Below are positions 1-8,713 of a DNA stretch of 60,904 nt, piece after piece (the first letter of the stretch is position 1; the number at the start of each line of letters is the position of its first letter). The notes beneath the pieces were generated by a model. The model was not told where the DNA came from, ran no database searches, and saw nothing but the letters and a program-made list of their open reading frames with translations. The stretch is from a virus, in IMG/VR virus record IMGVR_UViG_3300029778_000003, positions 1-60,904 of that record, one strand, 5' to 3'. A program made the translations under genes and the position numbers.

Positions 1-123
1 TGCCCTACCCTAAGAGCCAATAAAACAAGTAGCGGAGTGATTGAAGTAATGGTAGATGTAAATGTAATAGGCTCTCTTGAATCAAAATTTGAGAGTACCA
101 ACAGAATTTATGATGTGGGGGGG
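1..123. repeat. Terminal overlap identical to 60782-60904; window is a closed circular or circularly permuted unit of 60781 bp
   Basis: Both ends compared by eye: same 123 nt from tgccctaccctaagagcc to the poly-G run. The overlap lies inside a methyltransferase reading frame, so it is closure overlap rather than a functional LTR. Confidence 0.93.
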
Positions 124-799
124 GTGCAGTCCAACATTGAGTACAATGCAAGGCGGTAATCAAGAGCCAAAAATACTTGAAGCAAAGCAGTTAGGATTTA
201 TGGATAATGGTACAGGCAAACATCAATCAAACACAGTATATGATGAAAATGCACTTTGCCCTAATATCACAACAGTTGAGGGCGGTGGTACGCAACAGAT
301 TAAGGTGTGTGAAAGTCAGATAGTTGCTATGCGTGGCAGAAATCCCGATAATCCGTCAGATAGAACTGCGGGAAGTTTAACAGAGCAGAGATTAGAGGTG
401 AATATGCAAGGCCTAAGTAATTGCTTAACGAGTGTGCAGAAAGATAATTTATTGCTTGAAAATAATATCCAAAAAGTCGGTCAAATATCAAGCAACGGTT
501 CCCAATGTGGCACAGTTATTTCTGATAACGGCATATCGGCTAATCTCGTAGCCGGAACACACGGATATGTGAATAGCCATATTGCCACGCAATATCGTAT
601 TAGAAAACTAACCCCTAGAGAGTGCGGACGGCTGATGGGTGTATCTGATGAAGATATTGACAAAATGGCAGCAGTAAACAGCAATACACAACTATATAAG
701 CAATTCGGCAACTCGATTGTGGCAGATGTTATGTGTGCTATGTTTAAAAATCTGAATATCAAGCAAGGAGATAGCAATGAAGCACTACAAACCAATTAA
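77..799 (+). CDS. DNA (cytosine-5) methyltransferase, C-terminal segment (TRD-like modules plus motifs IX and X); continuation of the gene starting at 59641 across the circular junction
   Basis: GGCSPTLSTMQGG, ALCPNITTVEGGG, VAMRGRNPDNPSDR..TEQRLE..SNCLTSVQKDN, GISANLVAGTHGY, then RKLTPRECGRLMGV (motif IX) and QFGNSIVADV (motif X). The M at 77 is not a real start. Confidence 0.85.
   Translation: MNQNLRVPTEFMMWGGCSPTLSTMQGGNQEPKILEAKQLGFMDNGTGKHQSNTVYDENALCPNITTVEGGGTQQIKVCESQIVAMRGRNPDNPSDRTAGSLTEQRLEVNMQGLSNCLTSVQKDNLLLENNIQKVGQISSNGSQCGTVISDNGISANLVAGTHGYVNSHIATQYRIRKLTPRECGRLMGVSDEDIDKMAAVNSNTQLYKQFGNSIVADVMCAMFKNLNIKQGDSNEALQTN
117..124 (+). repeat. Homopolymeric G8 tract inside the C5 methyltransferase gene
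   Basis: gatgtGGGGGGGGtgcag. Upstream frame reads NRIYDVGG and downstream frame reads CSPTLST; they join only if the tract were one G shorter. Confidence 0.9.
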
Positions 800-953
800 A
801 TGTGTAGTCTGTAGCAAGACGTTTACACCGACCGCAGCTAATCAAAATACGTGTTGTGAAGCACACCGACAGCAGAGAGCTACGGAATTAAGAAAAATCA
901 GAGAAAAGAAAAGACTCAAAAGAAAGCCTGTTAAGAAAAACAAACTTGCGTAA
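777..953 (+). CDS. Small basic Cys-containing protein (58 aa), hypothetical
   Basis: Hand translation: MKHYKPIKCVVCSKTFTPTAANQNTCCEAHRQQRATELRKIREKKRLKRKPVKKNKLA. ATG overlaps the methyltransferase 3' end; below the ORF-track cutoff. Confidence 0.4.
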   Translation: MKHYKPIKCVVCSKTFTPTAANQNTCCEAHRQQRATELRKIREKKRLKRKPVKKNKLA

Positions 954-1176
954 ATCTGCGAGATTGCTAAGAGTAAGGGCATGAGCTACGGACAATATAT
1001 GGCAGAGCAGTATAAAAAGGAAGCGATGATAAAATGAACAGCAGAACTATAAGTGATATAGAGCCATTTGAAAGACAATGTGTATACGAGGACAACAAGC
1101 CGTGTAACAGCTCATGCCGATACTCAAATACTTGTATACACAGTACAAGCAAAACCGAAGAATAGGAGATAGGCTT

Positions 1177-1578
1177 ATGAAGTTTTCAAAACTTACTAAG
1201 CCGGAACTTGAAGAAATTTTGAAAAATGCCAATTTTACCGATGAAGAAGCGGAAGTTTTTAAGTTGCTAGTTGCTGATAAAAGCCTTGAAGAGGTATCAC
1301 AGAGACTATTAATTTCAAAAACGACCACTTCCCGGAGAGTGGCAACCATTAAGGAAAAGATAGAAAGGAGCCAGGCGATGATTAACAAAGTGCCAATATG
1401 GGAAAAAGTAACGCTGACGATTGATGAAGCTGCGGAATACAGCAATATCGGAATTAACAGAATCAATGATATGCTTAACAATCCCTCGTGTCCTTTTGTG
1501 CTCTTTGTCGGAAGAGGCAAGCGATTAGTTAAGCGCAAGGAGTTTGAAAAATACCTCGAAAAGGCAGATAGCATATAA
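1177..1578 (+). CDS. Sigma-70 region-4-like HTH fused to excisionase-like HTH (putative Xis / directionality factor)
   Basis: ATG 1177 after aggaga. SQRLLISKTTTSRRVATI HTH, then LTIDEAAEYSNIGINRI..GKRLVKRKEFEKYL. Sits directly upstream of the integrase, as in Tn916-type xis-int pairs. Confidence 0.6.
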   Translation: MKFSKLTKPELEEILKNANFTDEEAEVFKLLVADKSLEEVSQRLLISKTTTSRRVATIKEKIERSQAMINKVPIWEKVTLTIDEAAEYSNIGINRINDMLNNPSCPFVLFVGRGKRLVKRKEFEKYLEKADSI

Positions 1579-1666
1579 ATAGATATATTGAATTATAAGC
1601 CATTATGTAGTAATATAGAAATTATCATATAATGGCTTTTGATTTTGAAAGGAGCCATAAATCAGT

Positions 1667-2854
1667 ATGGGAAAGGATTTGAGAGGAAAAGAGCTGGGAG
1701 TCGGAATAACCCAGCGCAAGGACGGACTCTATCAGGGCAGATATAAAGATAGGTTCGGCAAGAGCAAGACAATTTACAACAGCAAGTTGCCGGAACTGCG
1801 GAAAGAACTTAGTAAAGCAGTGACCGACAATCAACAATTCACAAGTGTTAGGGACAGCATTACCCTTGATGCGTGGTTTGACAGGTGGATGAATGTATAC
1901 AAGAAAAAGAGAGTGCGCCCCAATACCATTAGGGAGTACACGCATATATATAAGAAGAACATTTCACCATACTTAGGAAACCATGAAATAACATCTATTC
2001 GCAAGTCAGATGTGCAGTTACTTATCGACAAAGCTTCTGACGATAACTATAAGTATGAGAGACAGAGCAAAATCAAGGTTATTTTAAATGACATGTTCAG
2101 TAGAGCTATGGAAGATGACCTGATGATTAAGAATCCGGCGAAAGGTGTAAAGCTGAGAGCAGACAAAGAAGTTAATGCTTTTGCATTGACAGTAGAGCAA
2201 CAGAACGAGTTTTTTGAAGCGTGCAAGGGTACATTTTACGACAACATGTATAATGTGGCAGTTAATACAGGCTTGCGCCCAGGAGAACTGTTTGCACTCA
2301 CGATTGCAGATATACATATGGACGAGGGGTATATTGATGTTAATAAGACACTTGTGTATCAGAAATACCTTGAAGATAAAGGCAAGACATTTCATGTTGA
2401 GCCACCAAAAACCAAGCAGAGTCACAGACACGTACCAATTAACAGTGTGTGCAAGGAATATCTGACGAAACAATTTGAGCTTAAAAAGATAGTTTCAGCA
2501 CGCAGACCCAAGGAGCAAAACGAATATTTGTTTGTTACAAGGTTTAACACACCAATTAATTCGGTTATATACAGCGACTCTATACGTTCAGTTGTAAGAC
2601 GGATAAATGATACAAAGAGCAGTGACAATGAATTTCCATTTTTTAGCGGTCACACGTTTAGACATACGTTTGCGACAAGATGTTTTGAGTCAGGGATAGA
2701 GCCGAAAGTCGTTCAATCATATTTGGGTCATGCAACACTGAAAATGACAATGGACTTGTATACACATGTTACACCTGAAAAATCGTTTGCTGACATTGAA
2801 AAAATCGTTAGCACCGACAACAAAATCATAGAATATAGAAGAAAATGTGTGTAG
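1667..2854 (+). CDS. int: Tyrosine recombinase / phage integrase
   Basis: 395 aa. GLRPGELFAL (Arg I), HTFRHTFAT (His-x-x-Arg), LGHATLKMTMDLYTH (His..Tyr). The N-terminal GITQRKDGLYQGRY arm-binding-type domain resembles Tn916-family integrases. Confidence 0.93.
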   Translation: MGKDLRGKELGVGITQRKDGLYQGRYKDRFGKSKTIYNSKLPELRKELSKAVTDNQQFTSVRDSITLDAWFDRWMNVYKKKRVRPNTIREYTHIYKKNISPYLGNHEITSIRKSDVQLLIDKASDDNYKYERQSKIKVILNDMFSRAMEDDLMIKNPAKGVKLRADKEVNAFALTVEQQNEFFEACKGTFYDNMYNVAVNTGLRPGELFALTIADIHMDEGYIDVNKTLVYQKYLEDKGKTFHVEPPKTKQSHRHVPINSVCKEYLTKQFELKKIVSARRPKEQNEYLFVTRFNTPINSVIYSDSIRSVVRRINDTKSSDNEFPFFSGHTFRHTFATRCFESGIEPKVVQSYLGHATLKMTMDLYTHVTPEKSFADIEKIVSTDNKIIEYRRKCV

Positions 2855-3123
2855 TAAGTGTGTAGTAGTACACACTCTCAATTTACAGAATGTTGAAAAA
2901 TCAACGCTCGTAGGGTATTTTTATACTAAAACTGGTAAAATTATTATGTATATCAAGGAGTGCCATACGATTTCGTAAATAACGGCGCAATCCTAGGAAA
3001 ACAAAGGGTCTGCGGAGCTTTCGTAAAATCGTAAAAAATATAAAATTCTATGTATTTTAATGCATTTTAATGCGAAAAGTGTGTAGTAACTGTGTAGTAA
3101 CCACCCCAAAAAGTGTGTAGTAA
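2848..3123. promoter_or_regulatory. Probable attP region with five direct copies of the arm-type repeat TGTGTAGTA(A/G)
   Basis: Copies at 2848-2857, 2859-2868, 3080-3089, 3091-3100 and 3114-3123 bracket about 210 bp of noncoding DNA just after int. Confidence 0.65.
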
Positions 3124-3161
3124 AAATTGTATATAGAAAAGCCATTATATGACACAAATAT

Positions 3162-3194
3162 GAGAAGAACATGGAAATGCTCTTCTCTTTTTTT
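3162..3194 (+). terminator. Rho-independent terminator-like hairpin
   Basis: gagaaga..atggaaatgc..tcttctc followed by ttttttt. Confidence 0.55.
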
Positions 3195-3344
3195 ATGCCA
3201 CAATTTAGTCATAAGGAGATGATGTTATGTTTGACGATGATGTGAGAGAAAAAATATTTGCTAAAAGTGAGTTACAAAAAATCGACCTAATGACATTATC
3301 CCTTGTCATTAAAGCGATAGAGGAAGTTTTGGAGGAAAACAAAG

Positions 3345-3800
3345 ATGAACATGCCGTATCAGCAACCAATGATGAATTATACACCTAATTATGGAGCATA
3401 TCAGTACAACCCAATGGCAAACTATCAGAGATACCAGCAGCCCGAGCCGACACAAGGAATAAGTGGCAGAGTAGTACAGGCAGTTGAGACTATCAATCCC
3501 AACGAGGTGCCAATGGATGGCAGTGTAGCATTTTTCCCAAAACAGGATTTAACAGAGATATACGCCAAGAGCTGGAATGCTGACGGAACAATACGCACAT
3601 TGACTTTTAAACCGGCTCTAAATGGTAAGACAGACATTTTATCGGGTGACACGGAAAAACTTGAATTTGACCTATCAGAGAAAGCCACAGAGGGTATTAT
3701 GGCAAAGCTCAACGAACTATCTGAGAAAATTGAGCAATTATCTTTAGGGGCGCAAAGAAAAACTCCACGAACACAAAGTAAGGAGAGTGAAAAAGCATGA
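3345..3800 (+). CDS. Hypothetical protein with Q/Y/N/P-rich N-terminus
   Basis: 151-aa ORF. MNMPYQQPMMNYTPNYGAYQYNPMANYQRYQQPEP low-complexity head, then a globular part and a coiled C-terminus. No family recognised. Confidence 0.6.
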   Translation: MNMPYQQPMMNYTPNYGAYQYNPMANYQRYQQPEPTQGISGRVVQAVETINPNEVPMDGSVAFFPKQDLTEIYAKSWNADGTIRTLTFKPALNGKTDILSGDTEKLEFDLSEKATEGIMAKLNELSEKIEQLSLGAQRKTPRTQSKESEKA

Positions 3801-3994
3801 ATGTAATGGGAATAATGCAACAGATAATGAGCAATAATCGTGTAATGGGAAATCCAATGATTAAGAACGCAATGAGCATGGCTCAAAGCGGAAACAGCAA
3901 GGGAATTGAACAAATGGCAAGAAACCTATGCAAGGAAAAAGGCATTAATCCTGATGATGTAATGAAGCAGATTAAAGGTAATTTTGGAATATAG
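3797..3994 (+). CDS. Hypothetical Met/Asn-rich small protein
   Basis: 65 aa. ATGA overlap with the upstream stop, aaggagag RBS. Confidence 0.55.
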   Translation: MNVMGIMQQIMSNNRVMGNPMIKNAMSMAQSGNSKGIEQMARNLCKEKGINPDDVMKQIKGNFGI

Positions 3995-4050
3995 CATATG
4001 AGAGAACGTGCGCACGGCTCTTTATGAAATAAATTTTGGAGGTAAAACAG

Positions 4051-4818
4051 ATGTTCAACACAGGAAATTGTCCAAGCGTACCTATCGTGGCGAATTTGGA
4101 CGGAAACAACGGAAATAACTGGAATGACGGCTCATGGCTTTGGTTCCTTATCGTAGTATTTGCGATATTCGGAGGCTGGGGTAACGGCTTTGGTGGTTTC
4201 GGTGGCACTAATGGTGGTGTCGGAAGCGAAATTCAGAGAGGTTTTGACAATCAGGCGGTTATCAGCAAGTTAGATGGCATTTCCAACGGACTTTGTGACG
4301 GCTTTTATGCTATGAACAACAGTATGCTCACAGGCTTTAACGGCATAAACACAAACATTATGCAGACCGGCTACGGCATACAACAGGCGGTAAACGCTGA
4401 TACAGTTGCTAATATGCAGAATACCAACGCTTTACAGTCACAGATTGCTAACTGTTGCTGCGAGACGAGAGAAGCCATCCAGGGTGTAAACTACAACATG
4501 GCAACTAACACTTGTGCTTTGCAGAACACAATGAACAATAATACAAGAGATATTATTGACAGCCAGCAGGCAGGAACAAGAGCCATTCTTGAATTCCTGA
4601 CAAACGACAAGATTGCAACCTTACAGGCAGAGAACAATGATTTACGTAGAGCTGCTTCACAGGATAGACAGAACGCACTTCTGACTACTACAATGGCAGC
4701 GCAGACAAATCAGATTATTGATGCAGTAAGACCTACACCGGTGCCATCATTCCCGGCAAGCAACCTTTATGGATATGCTTATAACGGATGCGGATGTAAT
4801 ACAGGTTGCGGATGCTAA
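4051..4818 (+). CDS. Membrane-anchored Gly-rich, Q/N-rich protein with Cys clusters (CCC mid-protein, GCGCNTGCGC at the C-terminus)
   Basis: ATG 4051 after ggaggt. TM segment WLWFLIVVFAIFGGWGNGFGGFGG, long N/Q-rich region, terminal YNGCGCNTGCGC. Confidence 0.7.
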   Translation: MFNTGNCPSVPIVANLDGNNGNNWNDGSWLWFLIVVFAIFGGWGNGFGGFGGTNGGVGSEIQRGFDNQAVISKLDGISNGLCDGFYAMNNSMLTGFNGINTNIMQTGYGIQQAVNADTVANMQNTNALQSQIANCCCETREAIQGVNYNMATNTCALQNTMNNNTRDIIDSQQAGTRAILEFLTNDKIATLQAENNDLRRAASQDRQNALLTTTMAAQTNQIIDAVRPTPVPSFPASNLYGYAYNGCGCNTGCGC

Positions 4819-4979
4819 ACAATTAAATAATTGAGTATCTTAATCGAGTTCTTTCGAGTTTCTTTCGAGTTTCCACTCGAAGAATTGAATACAAGATTAT
4901 GTCTGCTAAGCAGTATTACTTATAACCCAAGGGCAGACTATAATGTTTGCCCTTATTTTGTGAAAGAGAGGATTTTATT

Positions 4980-5408
4980 ATGGCTGAATTTTCAAATGTT
5001 GCAACACAGACAGTTGCAGTAAACGGAAATGTATTATTTACAGATGCGCCAACGTCTGTATGCAATAAAGGATATATTTCACACAGAACAGGGAGCGGAT
5101 TAATTAACCTTAAAGGCGCTACCAACACTTGCAAAGCAAAGTACAGAATAGAATTTAACGGAAATATTGCAGTTCCTACAGGCGGAACCGCAGGAGCAAT
5201 TTCATTAGCTATTGCTGTCGAGGGCGAGCCGGACTTATCTACACTGGCAATCTCTACACCAACAGCAGTTGAAGCATTTAACAATGTGTCTATGGCAACA
5301 GATGTATGGCTTCCTTGCGGATGCTGTCAGGCAATTTCTGTCAAGAATACATCTGCACAGGCTATCAGTGTTGCAAATGCTAACATCACAGTAAATCGAA
5401 TTGGTTAG
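4980..5408 (+). CDS. Hypothetical beta-rich protein with CGCC motif (possible BclA-C/C1q-like jelly roll, by eye only)
   Basis: MAEFSNVATQTVAVNGNVLF..GTAGAISLAIAVEG..WLPCGCCQAISVKNTSAQAISVANANITVNRIG. Alternating beta-strand pattern. Confidence 0.65.
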   Translation: MAEFSNVATQTVAVNGNVLFTDAPTSVCNKGYISHRTGSGLINLKGATNTCKAKYRIEFNGNIAVPTGGTAGAISLAIAVEGEPDLSTLAISTPTAVEAFNNVSMATDVWLPCGCCQAISVKNTSAQAISVANANITVNRIG

Positions 5409-5419
5409 GGGGCGAGAGT

Positions 5420-6073
5420 ATGCACGTTGAAAGAATACACAAAATGCAGGAGTGTCTTACAGAGAAAGCTGTCAACGAGCTTGAAAAGGGCGTTGAGAAT
5501 GTTGACACTTCCGAGATGGGACAGGTCGTAGATATGATAAAAGACCTTGCAGAAGCTGAGTATCATTCAATAATTTCCAAGGCTATGAAAAAGGCTGATG
5601 AAGAGGAAGAAGAGTACGACAAAGAACTCCTAAGAAGCCTTAAGGCAGAATATGGCGAAGAAAGTGGTAGAAGATATTACGACCAATATCGCTATGCAAA
5701 TGGCAGATTTGCCCCTAAAGGCCGTGGAACACGTAGAGGATATGAAGAGCCACCATATTATCACATGCCGGTAAACTACAACGACATGGAGTATATGCGT
5801 GACATGGATAAGAGCCGAGGCAAGATGTACTACTCTGAACCGATTGCACCACATGTGAGTGAAAGCAATTATGACAGAGCAAAGAGACATTATACCGAGA
5901 CAAAAGAAATGCACAAAGGAGCTTCTACAGAGGACAAAGAGCATAAAATGAAAGCTCTTGACATGTATATCCGTGAATTAAGCGGAGATATATCAGAGCT
6001 TTTAAATGACATGACGCCCGATGAACGCAACCTTTTACGCACCAAAATGAGCAATCTTGCGTCAAAACTGTAA
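5420..6073 (+). CDS. Hypothetical charged, Tyr-rich protein
   Basis: 217-aa ORF with gggggcgagag RBS. Acidic run DEEEEEYD, RRYYDQYRYANGRFAPKGRG. Confidence 0.65.
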   Translation: MHVERIHKMQECLTEKAVNELEKGVENVDTSEMGQVVDMIKDLAEAEYHSIISKAMKKADEEEEEYDKELLRSLKAEYGEESGRRYYDQYRYANGRFAPKGRGTRRGYEEPPYYHMPVNYNDMEYMRDMDKSRGKMYYSEPIAPHVSESNYDRAKRHYTETKEMHKGASTEDKEHKMKALDMYIRELSGDISELLNDMTPDERNLLRTKMSNLASKL

Positions 6074-6080
6074 TTATTAA

Positions 6081-6112
6081 GGCTATGGGTAGTAATGCTC
6101 ATAGCCATTTTT
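6081..6112 (+). terminator. Rho-independent terminator
   Basis: ggctatg-loop-catagcc followed by attttt, 8 nt after the stop at 6073. Confidence 0.7.
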
Positions 6113-6125
6113 AGAGGGTATAAGC

Positions 6126-6449
6126 ATGGATATAAGAGTTAATGATATATTGTGGCACATACAGTTTAAAAAGCCCACATCGAGCGAATTAAGGCGGTCA
6201 GACGGCACAATAAGCCTAGGAGTGACCGACAACACAACCAAGACAGTGACGATAGCTGATAATGTGTCTGATTACATGGCTGACAAGATACTATGCCACG
6301 AGCTAGTGCATGTGTACTCATTCTCATACGGCTGTGACATTGACATAGAAACAGAGGAAATAATCGCAGACTTTATGAGCTTGTATGGACGGAATATTGT
6401 ATACACGGCTGACAAAATATTTAATTTATTGGAGCAGAAATATGGATAG
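6126..6449 (+). CDS. Zn-metallopeptidase-like protein (HExxH; ImmA/IrrE- or SprT-like)
   Basis: 107 aa with ILCHELVHVYSF motif. Confidence 0.6.
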   Translation: MDIRVNDILWHIQFKKPTSSELRRSDGTISLGVTDNTTKTVTIADNVSDYMADKILCHELVHVYSFSYGCDIDIETEEIIADFMSLYGRNIVYTADKIFNLLEQKYG

Positions 6450-6585
6450 AATAGACAGACTATTAGAATACATACACCGGACTAATCCAGAAATGACACG
6501 GCAGAAATTGATTGAAAAACTAGGAGAGAGTGACTACAGTGCCAAGAGTATTTACTTTTTGGCGATTCAAAATGCAAATTCCTAA
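6442..6585 (+). CDS. Small hypothetical protein (47 aa)
   Basis: ATG 6442 overlaps the upstream stop. MDRIDRLLEYIHRTNPEMTRQKLIEKLGESDYSAKSIYFLAIQNANS. Confidence 0.45.
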   Translation: MDRIDRLLEYIHRTNPEMTRQKLIEKLGESDYSAKSIYFLAIQNANS

Positions 6586-7112
6586 AAATTTTAGGATGAA
6601 AAAAGTACCCCCGTACCTTTGGATTTTTCAATTTCAAAAATCCGTTCGCAAAATTTTACAAAAACTTGTCGAGAACTTGCAAAGAACTCGCACCACGCTT
6701 TAATTGGATAAAGTTTTCTGAAAATTCAAACATTTTCCACGAGTTGGTGCGCCTGACTCACAGCATGTCACACCCGGCACGGCTTGACAACTTAAAGCTA
6801 TACAACTATATCGCAAAGCGTTGTAAGTGGCTTGTTTTACGGCTTATTTTAGCGCACTTGATAAAATCCACGCTAACACGTATAAAAGCCCTTAAAACGT
6901 CAAATACACGGCTTTAAATGTGTATATCATAAAATCATAGAATATTTTTGTTTATTTGTCAATGTACATATGCCCGGATGCATAGCCGGATAACTTGCGA
7001 CAGCTCGACAGCGCGCCAAAAAGGGATATAAATATCCCTAATAATAACGCGTGATATATTTTCCGGCTTGATAGTCACAAAATAATGTGACCGGATGAAC
7101 GTGCGCGCGCTT

Positions 7113-7292
7113 TTATACAACTTGCAACCATTCACCGGACCTTTGAACCGTAATTTTTAACTCGTGTGACTCCATCCATTCTATACAATCGTACTTTATA
7201 TAGCTAAAATCACTTATTTTCGGCATTTCATAGCCTAGCGCCTTGACTCGCTTATATATTTCCTTTTTCCCCAGGTATTCATAATTAGACAT
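7113..7292 (-). CDS. Hypothetical protein (59 aa), minus-strand moron block
   Basis: Hand translation: MSNYEYLGKKEIYKRVKALGYEMPKISDFSYIKYDCIEWMESHELKITVQRSGEWLQVV. Starts 11 nt after the upstream minus-strand gene. Confidence 0.5.
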   Translation of the reverse strand: MSNYEYLGKKEIYKRVKALGYEMPKISDFSYIKYDCIEWMESHELKITVQRSGEWLQVV

Positions 7293-7303
7293 AATACATC
7301 CCC

Positions 7304-7573
7304 CTATCTATAACAAGCCTTAATTATTGGGCTTATATAATTCTCGTGGTTTAAATAATTAGTAAAAGCCATCCGCCGGTATTCCTTGCCACTAATAAGC
7401 GTGGTAATATCGTCACACGTGCCAAAGTCCGCAGCAGTTCTAAAAATATTTGTTATCGCTTTACGTGTGGCGCGCTCGCTTGCCTGATATTCCGGTGCGC
7501 TTTGATATTTGCCGTTGTAGCGTGCTTTTATTTCCATTTCTACAGCATCAAGGCTTTTTAGTTCGTTATCCAT
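7304..7573 (-). CDS. Hypothetical protein (89 aa)
   Basis: ORF track. MDNELKSLDAVEMEIKARYNGKYQSAPEYQ... No family recognised. Confidence 0.55.
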   Translation of the reverse strand: MDNELKSLDAVEMEIKARYNGKYQSAPEYQASERATRKAITNIFRTAADFGTCDDITTLISGKEYRRMAFTNYLNHENYISPIIKACYR

Positions 7574-7942
7574 TCATTAACCCTCTTTTCTGTTTTGGTA
7601 CATGGTTTATAAGCTGTTTTTTTGACCTTTTCGCGGTCTGTCGTGCGTTAATCTGTTTTTATAGGTGCAAAATAACGCAAATCACCTATAAAGGGCACAC
7701 AATTATTTGTTCAGGCGTTGCACCTCTTGAGCCTGATAATAAATATAAAGGCATTTATAAGACCTCTTGGCGCGATTATTTACCGGACGCGCGGACGGAG
7801 TGCAATATATACAGCCGTAAAACTGTATAAAAGCACCTATAAATTAAATACATTAAATTGATAATATAAGACCTGAAAAGCCTTATATATAAAGCTAATG
7901 GCCGGAATTGAACCGGCTTAAAAATCCCTTGATATTAGCTAT

Positions 7943-8035
7943 TTAATAAAAAAATAAAAACAAACCACCATAACCAATAACAAGGCATGACGCAAAAAGC
8001 CCGAAAGCCTTTAAAAGCTCGATTAAATCTCTCAT
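7943..8035 (-). CDS. 30-aa hydrophobic peptide (candidate small membrane toxin, holin-like or exclusion peptide)
   Basis: Hand translation: MRDLIELLKAFGLFASCLVIGYGGLFLFFY. GGGGG SD lies 7 nt upstream; starts 11 nt after the stop of 8047..8415. Confidence 0.45.
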   Translation of the reverse strand: MRDLIELLKAFGLFASCLVIGYGGLFLFFY

Positions 8036-8046
8036 AGTTGCGCCCC

Positions 8047-8415
8047 CTAACAATAACAAAAATCACCTTGTAGCCCGGTTGTAATAATCATTTTCCCATC
8101 CTTACGGCGGTAAACTACACCGCAACCGCCACCACTTAAAGACCATACAAGCCAGCCAGCCGGAGTTATTTTTTTATGCTTCTTATAATCGTAAAAAGCA
8201 TAATGCGGTTTTACCCCCGCTTTTTCCTGTTCAAGTGCATTGTTTATAATTTCATCGTCCGTTAATAACAACGCTTTTCCGTTTTTCTGCCGTCCGTAAT
8301 ATCTCATTTTTACGCCTTTCTGGTCTGCCATCATCAGCACCGGGAGACCGTCCCGCGGTGGACGCTCCAAGTTGGAGCGTTTCGGCTTAAAAATAAATAT
8401 AAAAGCTTTTCCCAT
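8047..8415 (-). CDS. Hypothetical protein (start uncertain; MMADQKG at about 8334 is an alternative)
   Basis: ORF track. C-terminus WLVWSLSGGGCGVVYRRKDGKMIITTGLQGDFCYC. No family recognised. Confidence 0.5.
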   Translation of the reverse strand: MGKAFIFIFKPKRSNLERPPRDGLPVLMMADQKGVKMRYYGRQKNGKALLLTDDEIINNALEQEKAGVKPHYAFYDYKKHKKITPAGWLVWSLSGGGCGVVYRRKDGKMIITTGLQGDFCYC

Positions 8416-8713
8416 TGCTATTCCATTCGCTATCTAATACGGTAACTTTTGAAAGTCTGCCGATGCAACCATAAATCCCGGCGGCGTAATATTCAGAATC
8501 GACCCGACAACCTTTAGCATCGGGAAACTCTTTTTTAATTTCCTGTATAATCTCATTGACTTTGTGACAGCAAACGCCACTTTTTTCGTCGAACGGCTCT
8601 AGCCGTGAGATATAGTTCTCTGCGTTTTCAAAAGTATAGATGTTACAATTTAACTTGATGCCGTTAACCATTTCGCCCATTCTGCAAATTTCCTTGTGTG
8701 ATAATTTTTTCAT
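8387..8713 (-). CDS. Hypothetical Cys-containing protein (108 aa)
   Basis: Start taken at MKKLSHK (aaaggaaag RBS). First gene of the minus-strand block. Confidence 0.5.
   Translation of the reverse strand: MKKLSHKEICRMGEMVNGIKLNCNIYTFENAENYISRLEPFDEKSGVCCHKVNEIIQEIKKEFPDAKGCRVDSEYYAAGIYGCIGRLSKVTVLDSEWNSNGKSFYIYF

Noticed and set aside
1-123. The 123-bp terminal direct repeat as physical genome termini (a T7-like DTR) or as the LTR of a mobile element
   Set aside because: The repeat lies in the middle of a methyltransferase coding region and ends inside a poly-G run at the window edge. The gene reads straight across the junction, so it is best explained as assembly overlap of a circular or circularly permuted genome. 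A pac-type terminase set is present.
6666-6917. 83-aa + strand ORF as a gene
   Set aside because: It has a TTG start, no Shine-Dalgarno sequence, an odd amino-acid composition, and lies in a palindrome-rich noncoding stretch.
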